The notes beneath the pieces were generated by a model, which was given only the letters and a program-made list of their open reading frames with translations, had not been told where the DNA came from and searched no databases. Shown here piece after piece: positions 57,521 through 64,000 of a stretch of DNA of 64,000 nt. Position 1 is the stretch's first letter. Every line of letters starts with the position of its first letter. A program made the translations under genes and the position numbers. The stretch comes from Candidatus Bathyarchaeota archaeon (GTDB lineage: Archaea > Thermoproteota > Bathyarchaeia > Bathyarchaeales > DTEX01). The stretch spans positions 8,595 to 72,594 of the forward strand of contig JAGTRI010000004.1 in assembly GCA_018397065.1 (NCBI GenBank), written 5' to 3'.

Positions 57521-57706
57521 ATGGTTGATAGAGCTTGTAGAAACTGCCACCAGATTTCCGATAGTAACGTGTGCCCTGAATGTAAGTCTATGGATTTAAG
57601 TGATGATTTTAGCGGCATCGTCGTCATTGTAGATCCAGAACACTCTACGATTGCAAAAATAATGGGTATCAAAAAGAAAGGACGGTATGCGGTTCGAATA
57701 AGGTGA
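57521..57706 (+). CDS. spt4: Transcription elongation factor Spt4 (RpoE'')
   Basis: RACRNCH...CPEC...SDDFSG...DPEHS.IAK...GRYA. Confidence 0.95.
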   Translation: MVDRACRNCHQISDSNVCPECKSMDLSDDFSGIVVIVDPEHSTIAKIMGIKKKGRYAVRIR

Positions 57707-58227
57707 TACACATCCGCTTTCTAACTCCAGATCTTCGCGAAGAACTGAAGACTCCATTGGGTTTGTTGGTTCAAGGTTCCTATAAACAGACTATGATAAG
57801 ATTGAAAGAAATAATAGCTAAGGATAGGCCAAAGAAAATCGTATCCGTAGGCGACAAGGTCACCGAAAACATAATTAAAAGCGGAATACCTCTAAACGTG
57901 GCAATAATAGATAATAAGGTCATGCGAAAACCTGTTAAGCCGCTAGATTTAAAGGCTGATCGATCTTTTAATGTCAGGAATCCAGCTGGATCCTTAAACG
58001 AAGAGGCCTTTCAAGTTATATCTGAGGCTGTCATTTTTGATGGTTTAACTTCGATTAGAGTTGATGGTGAAGAAGACCTATTGACACTTGCAGCTATCAT
58101 TGCAGCACCATTCAATTCAATTGTGGTTTATGGTCAGCCAAAAAAGGGAATAGTTATTGTTTCTGTCACCGAGGATGTTAAGAAAAAAATTAATGGCATC
58201 ATCGAACGTATGGAAAAACAGAATTAG
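57703..58227 (+). CDS. DUF359 family GTP-dependent dephospho-CoA kinase
   Basis: LREELKTPLG, VGDKVT, NPAG, VDGEEDLL, YGQP; conserved position in the rpoE operon. Confidence 0.92.
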   Translation: MIHIRFLTPDLREELKTPLGLLVQGSYKQTMIRLKEIIAKDRPKKIVSVGDKVTENIIKSGIPLNVAIIDNKVMRKPVKPLDLKADRSFNVRNPAGSLNEEAFQVISEAVIFDGLTSIRVDGEEDLLTLAAIIAAPFNSIVVYGQPKKGIVIVSVTEDVKKKINGIIERMEKQN

Positions 58228-58270
58228 AAAAGCTAAAGTATATGAGCTAAAATTTTGAAGATACCTTAGG

Positions 58271-58576
58271 GTGAAAGCAGTGAAGATAGAAATAGTCGAA
58301 AAGAAACGGAACGAGCTTCTTAAAAGAGACGAAGTAGAGTTCCATGTTGACCACGAAAAAAGTGGAACCCCAAAACGCTTGGAAGTAAAGCAAAAACTTG
58401 CTTCCGTCCTTGGTGTTGATGAAACAAGAGTTTTTATTAAAAAACTAGTTACAAAAACGGGAAGCATGACATCCATAGGTCAAGCCAACGTCTATGATTC
58501 TGCTGACCAAGCAAAGCTCATTGAACAGAAACACATAATACTTAGGAATTCTCCAAAAAATGAAAAGAAGGAGTAA
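58271..58576 (+). CDS. rps24e: 30S ribosomal protein S24e
   Basis: NELLKRDEV, GTPKRLEVK, ANVYDS; operon context. Confidence 0.93.
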   Translation: MKAVKIEIVEKKRNELLKRDEVEFHVDHEKSGTPKRLEVKQKLASVLGVDETRVFIKKLVTKTGSMTSIGQANVYDSADQAKLIEQKHIILRNSPKNEKKE

Positions 58577-58582
58577 AACAGT

Positions 58583-58786
58583 ATGTCAGAAAAACCTGCA
58601 CAAAAAAAGAAAGAGAGTAAATCCGTGTCAAGCTATTATAAAATTGAAAAGAACGGAATAGTGAGAACGCGGCCAATCTGTGATCGGTGTGGCCCAGGGT
58701 ATTTTATGGCTGACCATGGCAACAGATATTCATGCGGACACTGTGGCTTTACAAGGTATAAAACTGAAGATACCCAAACAAAATAA
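58583..58786 (+). CDS. rps27ae: 30S ribosomal protein S27ae
   Basis: CDRCGPGYFMADH.NRYSCGHCGFT. Confidence 0.96.
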   Translation: MSEKPAQKKKESKSVSSYYKIEKNGIVRTRPICDRCGPGYFMADHGNRYSCGHCGFTRYKTEDTQTK

Positions 58787-58804
58787 CGGTGCGGTTTTTT
58801 AATT

Positions 58805-59062
58805 TCAGCTTTGATCTTTTGGTTTAGTTTCTTCTTTTCGGAAAGCGACATAAAATTGTAGGATTGAGACTGCGAGTAAGAGTAGTGACAATACGATTAT
58901 GATGTTTCGGACCTCTGAATACTGTGTTAGGCCTTCGAACATGGGTAGAAACATTGTCCAAGCGTAAACCACAAGAAGAAGTGAACATACGGCTGCTATT
59001 AAGTTAAAAAAGTTTATCTTAATTTTTATCATTCCGACCTTTCCTGGCCTTATAAGGACCAA
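58805..59062 (-). CDS. Small two-TM membrane protein
   Basis: Two hydrophobic stretches; start uncertain. Confidence 0.55.
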   Translation of the reverse strand: MVLIRPGKVGMIKIKINFFNLIAAVCSLLLVVYAWTMFLPMFEGLTQYSEVRNIIIVLSLLLLAVSILQFYVAFRKEETKPKDQS

Positions 59063-59158
59063 TAATCGTTATGGTAGGTGCTGTCTTATTAAAGATTCTT
59101 TAAGATCGCCCTAATCTTAACTCATAAAGTTTATGATTGTGGCGGTAGATATGCTTGG

Positions 59159-59665
59159 TTGGTGGAAGAAATGAAAATTGGCCTCGTCTCTGATACGCAT
59201 GATCGGTTGCCTTTCATAGATAGAGCGGTTAGGAAACTAAATGATGAAGGGGTGGATTTAGTTCTTCACGCTGGAGATTACAGCGCACCATTTGCTGCTT
59301 TAAGGTTCAGTTCCCTAAAGTCTCAAATGATCGGCGTTTTCGGAAATAATGATGCTGAAAAAGAACTTTTACAAAAAAATTTTGAGAAAATCGGTAAAAA
59401 CGTCCGTGGAAAATTTGCAGAGGTTAAAGTTGAAAACCTGAAAATTGCGTTGCTTCATGGCGAAGAAATCGACTTACTTGAATCCATCATTAACACATCA
59501 GCCTTTGACATCGTTGTTCATGGGCACACACATCAAGCTTCAATTCACAAACAAAACGGAACCTTAATAGTTAATCCAGGCGAAGCTTGCGGTTACCTCA
59601 CTGAAAACGCAACTATTGGAATACTGTACACTGACACCATGAAGGTAGAATTGGTTACAATATAA
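59159..59665 (+). CDS. YfcE/MJ0936-family metallophosphoesterase
   Basis: SDTHD, HAGD, GNND, HG, GHTH and NPGE. Confidence 0.93.
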   Translation: MVEEMKIGLVSDTHDRLPFIDRAVRKLNDEGVDLVLHAGDYSAPFAALRFSSLKSQMIGVFGNNDAEKELLQKNFEKIGKNVRGKFAEVKVENLKIALLHGEEIDLLESIINTSAFDIVVHGHTHQASIHKQNGTLIVNPGEACGYLTENATIGILYTDTMKVELVTI

Positions 59666-59719
59666 TCCCATTGTGGCAGTAGTTTCCAAAAAATAATCTG
59701 ATAAACGGGTAAGCTTTAA

Positions 59720-60502
59720 ATGACGAGTAATAATGACACCTTTTCTGTTATGTCAAAGACGCTATCTAAATTAGGACGAAAAATTCTAAGTTTGGCCTTA
59801 ATTTTCAACTCTTTGTTAAGCCTAACTTTTGTCATCAGCAATCTTGCTTCATCATACCCAGTTACAGCTGGAGAAAAACAGTATTGGTCATACTTAATTG
59901 GCAATTCTGTTTTTCTGTTCGTGTTCATAACATCCATTCTGAACATTCTTACAGCAAAGCTTCTTGGTAAAGTTGAATTAGGGAGAATTTGGTTCCACCA
60001 TTACGTTTATGGATTCCTTGCAAGCTCGGTTTCTTTTACTCTAATGGCTATCTTTGCTCCAACATACATCCTAGTTTTTCTTATACCTTCTCTTGGTTTT
60101 CAAGCGGCTGGTCTGCAAATGTTTCTGATTTATTCTGGCTTGTTTTTTGTTTATGGCGGTCTAACTCTTGTAATAGACGACGTTCGCGATGTCTCAGTAA
60201 GACTGGGTAGGGTGCTTGACAAACTCAAGATTCAAGCATACAAATCCAGCAGGGCTCTTCAAAAAATACATTTAATTAGTAGTCTAGCAACAGTCTGCAT
60301 ATCATTGTCTCTCTATACTTCGCTTATGGAAAAAATAATGCAAAGCGAGCTGTGGACCGTACAAAATGTTATTATATCTTTTTTTGCAACAAGCCTATTA
60401 ATCACGGCTTTATGGGGATTAAGAGCTATTAAAGCTAAATATTGGTTCACAAAATTATATCAGGATCTCGCCCGAATAGAACCAATGTTGCGGAATACAT
60501 AA
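59720..60502 (+). CDS. Hypothetical multi-pass membrane protein
   Basis: About 6 hydrophobic segments; FHHYVYG and LVIDD motifs. Confidence 0.7.
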   Translation: MTSNNDTFSVMSKTLSKLGRKILSLALIFNSLLSLTFVISNLASSYPVTAGEKQYWSYLIGNSVFLFVFITSILNILTAKLLGKVELGRIWFHHYVYGFLASSVSFTLMAIFAPTYILVFLIPSLGFQAAGLQMFLIYSGLFFVYGGLTLVIDDVRDVSVRLGRVLDKLKIQAYKSSRALQKIHLISSLATVCISLSLYTSLMEKIMQSELWTVQNVIISFFATSLLITALWGLRAIKAKYWFTKLYQDLARIEPMLRNT

Positions 60503-60512
60503 AATTTTGTAA

Positions 60513-61184
60513 CTAATACAGTTGAGCTCTTTTTATTTCATTTGCAGCCTTGTGAGCTTCGCGAATAGGCTCCGGAATTCTATGACCAGCAAGGCAATGT
60601 TTCACTATTTTTATTGCTGTCTCCAATGATATTTTATGTCCAATGCTAATAAAAATGGGCTTTACACTTGGTTTCGTGTATAAAGCTGCGCCAATTGTTT
60701 CGTCACCATGGACTATGGGGTTCCAGTCTTCTACCTTGGTTTCTCTAATTTCGCCGCATAAAAGATTTTTAGCGACACCTATTGTAGCTGCATCAAGAAC
60801 AAGGCCCAAGTGACTGGCAAGTCCAAGCCCTCTTGGATGAGCTATCCCGTGGCCATCAACAAGATAAACGTCTGGTTTTACCGAAAGCAAATGTACAGCT
60901 GAAACAACAGGCGAAACTTCTCTGAATGATAGAAAAGTTGGAATATAGGGTGTTTCTATTGGTTGGCAAGAAGTTTTTACTTCTATAACTTTCAGTGTTT
61001 CATAATCTAGGATTGCTGCAGAGCCAATTGCAAGTTTATCAATGTAAGCAGCATCTATGCCACCAACAAGCCTTATTTGCCTTGGCAGCAGGTCTTCGCA
61101 TATAACCTTCTTTGAAAGAGACTTCTGAAGATTTTTTGCCTCTTCGATAGTTAACCCAAAAGGGAAAGTCAATCTTGTTGGCAC
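60513..61184 (-). CDS. nfi: Endonuclease V
   Basis: GIDAAY, PYIPTFLSFRE, VDGHGIAHPRGLGLASH, IGVAK, ISIGH, RIPEP. Confidence 0.96.
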   Translation of the reverse strand: MPTRLTFPFGLTIEEAKNLQKSLSKKVICEDLLPRQIRLVGGIDAAYIDKLAIGSAAILDYETLKVIEVKTSCQPIETPYIPTFLSFREVSPVVSAVHLLSVKPDVYLVDGHGIAHPRGLGLASHLGLVLDAATIGVAKNLLCGEIRETKVEDWNPIVHGDETIGAALYTKPSVKPIFISIGHKISLETAIKIVKHCLAGHRIPEPIREAHKAANEIKRAQLY

Positions 61185-61214
61185 CCCAAAACGTAACTTC
61201 TGATTGTCCTTATT

Positions 61215-62819
61215 TTAGTCCATTATCTCCGCTCTAACTCCAACAAAAACAGGGCCTGTTGTCTCAATTTTCTTTTTTTGGTTCATTATGTACCTTCTGG
61301 CTTTGTCGCTTACTTTCACGTTGATGTCGCTTGGCCGTTTAGCCATGCGCACCCACATATTGAAGCTTTTTTGACCTTTAGTAACAGCTTCCTCGATTTC
61401 TGATGCTGCTTTAGCTGCTATGCCATCGATGTATCTGATTCCGGTTGAAATGCCTTTTTCACGAGCAGTTTTTACTAATTCAATGTTGTACTTACCTTTC
61501 ATCGGTATTCCCAAAACATTGCCATCGTAGACAACAATCTGGTTTAAAGCAGCTGCACCTAGAAGCTTCGCATTTTCTTCGTTTTCATATAGGTAAACCT
61601 TTACATGTTTGTCAAAGATTTTTCCCTCATATACTAAGAACTCGCATGGGCTATGTGCCTCCGCATTGGCCAAGGCTACATTAAGCAAATTTTCGATTAT
61701 TTTTTTACCTTCCTCAGTTTTTGGTTTTGACTCGAGGCTGATTAGTTGCGCAATTTCTTGGTCTGACAGTCTAAGCTCAGCGAAAAATTGAGGGTAAACT
61801 AGTCTTCTAATGTCAGTCTCGTTATAGAGTAACATTGCTACTCTTTCAACCCCTATCCCAACATTCAAAACGGGGCAGTCAAGATCGTACTTGGCCAGTG
61901 CAATTGGACTGTAAATGCCGTAGTCTACCACCTCAATCCAGTTTTTTGAAGAAGGATTAAAGACAAATCCTTCGTATTCCATGCCTGGTGCATAGTACTT
62001 TGAGGTTACCTTTTTTTGGACAAACTTGAACTGATTGAAACCAAGAGGTTCTAGCAAGGATCTTGAAATTTCTTCGCCTTCACCCACGTCTATTGTTTCT
62101 TTCATAACCACGCAGCTGGCAGAGTGGTGAACACGAAGATGCGTTGGATCTTCTCTCTGTTCTCTTCGAAACCTGATATCAACCGAAAACAGCTTTAAAG
62201 GCAAATCAGATACTGGACGTAAGGCTTGAAGAGTCAAAAACCATGCTGTAGTAATGTGGGAACGAAGAGTAAGTTTAGAAGCCACAGGAAGCAAAGATGT
62301 AAACTCGGGAAAAACCTCAGAAATTACGCGCATTGCCAACGTGTCGGAAACACCAATCGAGTCCGCTATTTTTTCAACAAGGTCATCCGAATCAATCTTA
62401 CCTTTTTTATAATCCCGAAAAACCTTTTGTAGACTCAAAACTTTAGCTTCAGTAATCTCAACTCCCAGCTTTTTCATTTTTTCAATTTTGTCCCTACCTA
62501 AACCGATGTCTGGCCGCGGAAGAGTAGCAAGATAGTAACAGCGGTCAAGAATAATTGGAGCTTCTGGACCGTACTGCTTAAAGATTTCAGTCTCATCTAA
62601 AATTACGGGATTAAAGACCTCGTTGAATCCTAAATTTATAAATGCAGTTCTTAACTTTTGGATGAGGTCGTAAAGCGGGTGAGAGACACCTTTAGTCACA
62701 GTTGTTTCATTTTTACGTTCAATAGGTTTTGGAAACATGTTTGCGCTTTCGCGCCATACTTTTTCGAAGCCTTCTTTCTCAACTCTTTTTAAGATTTTTT
62801 TTGGATCAAGTAAGCCCAT
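61215..62819 (-). CDS. sepS: O-phosphoserine--tRNA(Cys) ligase
   Basis: QYGPEAPIILDRCYYLA.LPRPDIG, TLRSHITTAWF, FRREQREDPTHL, SKYY, YSPIALAKY, NVGIGVER. Confidence 0.95.
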   Translation of the reverse strand: MGLLDPKKILKRVEKEGFEKVWRESANMFPKPIERKNETTVTKGVSHPLYDLIQKLRTAFINLGFNEVFNPVILDETEIFKQYGPEAPIILDRCYYLATLPRPDIGLGRDKIEKMKKLGVEITEAKVLSLQKVFRDYKKGKIDSDDLVEKIADSIGVSDTLAMRVISEVFPEFTSLLPVASKLTLRSHITTAWFLTLQALRPVSDLPLKLFSVDIRFRREQREDPTHLRVHHSASCVVMKETIDVGEGEEISRSLLEPLGFNQFKFVQKKVTSKYYAPGMEYEGFVFNPSSKNWIEVVDYGIYSPIALAKYDLDCPVLNVGIGVERVAMLLYNETDIRRLVYPQFFAELRLSDQEIAQLISLESKPKTEEGKKIIENLLNVALANAEAHSPCEFLVYEGKIFDKHVKVYLYENEENAKLLGAAALNQIVVYDGNVLGIPMKGKYNIELVKTAREKGISTGIRYIDGIAAKAASEIEEAVTKGQKSFNMWVRMAKRPSDINVKVSDKARRYIMNQKKKIETTGPVFVGVRAEIMD

Positions 62820-63465
62820 TTTCTCGCTTCGCCTCTAGTTTTCTTCTTAGGTCTTTTATTGAATTTTCAAGCTGATTTCTTCTGACTTCGATTGTAACGT
62901 CTCCTCTGGTAGCTTCGAGTACATGTCTGGCGACATCGCATTTTCTTCGAAGCTCATGAACCAAAATGTTGGCTTCATCAAGGTTCAATAGTTCCGCATA
63001 TATTGTTTCCATCAGTTCAAGGTTTTTTACAGCTTTCTTTATCCTATTTTGTCTAAGATAATCCAATGTTTGACGCCTAAGTTCGCCAATCACGTCTGCG
63101 AGTCCAAGAACATAAGGCGCAATTGGAACATTGATTTCATCATAGCTAACAAACCGCCCTTCCTTAATGAGACTGAAAAATATTTGAGCCTCGGCATATT
63201 CTTCAAAGGCTGAATCAACAGACCCCATATACGCAAGACCGGAAAAATTGGCAGTCATATTGTGAAGATTATTAAGAATCTCCTTCGCCTCTGCAAGTTT
63301 AGCCTCGGCTTCTTCAAATTCTTCTTTATGCATGTGAAAAATCGCCGTTTTTGATAGACGGGTACATTTACGCATAGCTGTCTGAACCTCTTGGCGGACA
63401 GCATCCTTCTTGGCAAGTTCATCTTGAATCCGACTTAATATTTCGTTTAACGACATTTGCCCCAC
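62806..63465 (-). CDS. Translin/TRAX (archaeal C3PO-like) protein
   Basis: EEYAEA, YVLGLADVIGELRR and LRRKCD motifs. Confidence 0.88.
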   Translation of the reverse strand: MGQMSLNEILSRIQDELAKKDAVRQEVQTAMRKCTRLSKTAIFHMHKEEFEEAEAKLAEAKEILNNLHNMTANFSGLAYMGSVDSAFEEYAEAQIFFSLIKEGRFVSYDEINVPIAPYVLGLADVIGELRRQTLDYLRQNRIKKAVKNLELMETIYAELLNLDEANILVHELRRKCDVARHVLEATRGDVTIEVRRNQLENSIKDLRRKLEAKRENGLT

Positions 63466-63601
63466 TTTCCAAATTGACTTATGAACTCATTTGATTGTGT
63501 TGACGTTCCTTATTGCTCTCAGCATTTATGTTAAGAGCTAAGGAGTCTTCAACAAATAGACACTTTATTTTGGCATTTATCCTTTTAGTTTAGACGGCAT
63601 C

Positions 63602-64000
63602 TCAGATTTTTCCAGTCCAACAGTAGAGGCAAAGGTCTTCTTCCTTTAAGCCCTTGTTGTTTGGGGCCTCTATCACTGCCTTAACAAGGTCTTCAACGGT
63701 TTGAAATTTTAATGATGTAAACCCGATTTTTTTCCTAATTTCTTCAACCATCATTTGGTACTCTTGGCTACTGGTATCCAAGTATTTTTGTATGTCTCCT
63801 TCAGTCTTGTTCATTGCGTTCCAAGTGGCAAGATCCTTAATTTTAGTTGACAAGTCGTAAATGCAGGGATACATCTGCGGTGGCGAAGCTATTCTGCCAT
63901 GAACTTCTTTTGGATTATAAGGCAAAATCTTCTCATTTAAAAGGTCTCTGAGTTGTGTACCTCTCCTGATTGAGTCATCAACTAAAACTATTCGTTTGCC
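63602..64000 (-). CDS. purF: Amidophosphoribosyltransferase, C-terminal part (truncated by the window edge)
   Basis: Frame open to the edge: GKRIVLVDDSIRRGTQ, RIASPP...PC and LCLYCWTG. Confidence 0.9.
   Translation of the reverse strand, partial: GKRIVLVDDSIRRGTQLRDLLNEKILPYNPKEVHGRIASPPQMYPCIYDLSTKIKDLATWNAMNKTEGDIQKYLDTSSQEYQMMVEEIRKKIGFTSLKFQTVEDLVKAVIEAPNNKGLKEEDLCLYCWTGKI

Overview
Archaeal chromosomal window, most consistent with Bathyarchaeia (inferred from fwdA/fwdC/mch, SepRS, SMC-ScpAB, arcadin-1-like and OSTC-like genes, and GGTGA-type ribosome-binding sites). It is mostly dense housekeeping DNA: tfb, gar1, srp19, rps8e, smc-scpAB, pth2, truD, argF, rps7, nadE, mat, pyrF, GMP synthase, hisS, endA, mtnA, topA, the rpoE operon, nfi, sepS and a partial purF. 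It also holds one tRNA-Arg(CCG) with an intron at the non-canonical 29/30 position. I saw no CRISPR array, transposase or integrase. Most notable: (1) a ~150-bp non-coding element present twice in inverted orientation (~4999-5140 and ~37155-37299), each copy inside a patch of oriented strand skew; (2) a nitrogen-assimilation island (25-34 kb) with glnA, two stand-alone Lrp ligand-binding domains and a Re-citrate-synthase-like enzyme, plus a divergent Lrp, an RHH regulator and an amt gene flanked by a KaiC-like ATPase and an unannotated 47-aa coiled-coil ORF instead of GlnK/P-II; (3) apparent non-canonical starts (ACG in rpoE1; ATA, frameshift or read-through in fwdC). All family assignments come from recognising motifs by eye; no database searches were run.
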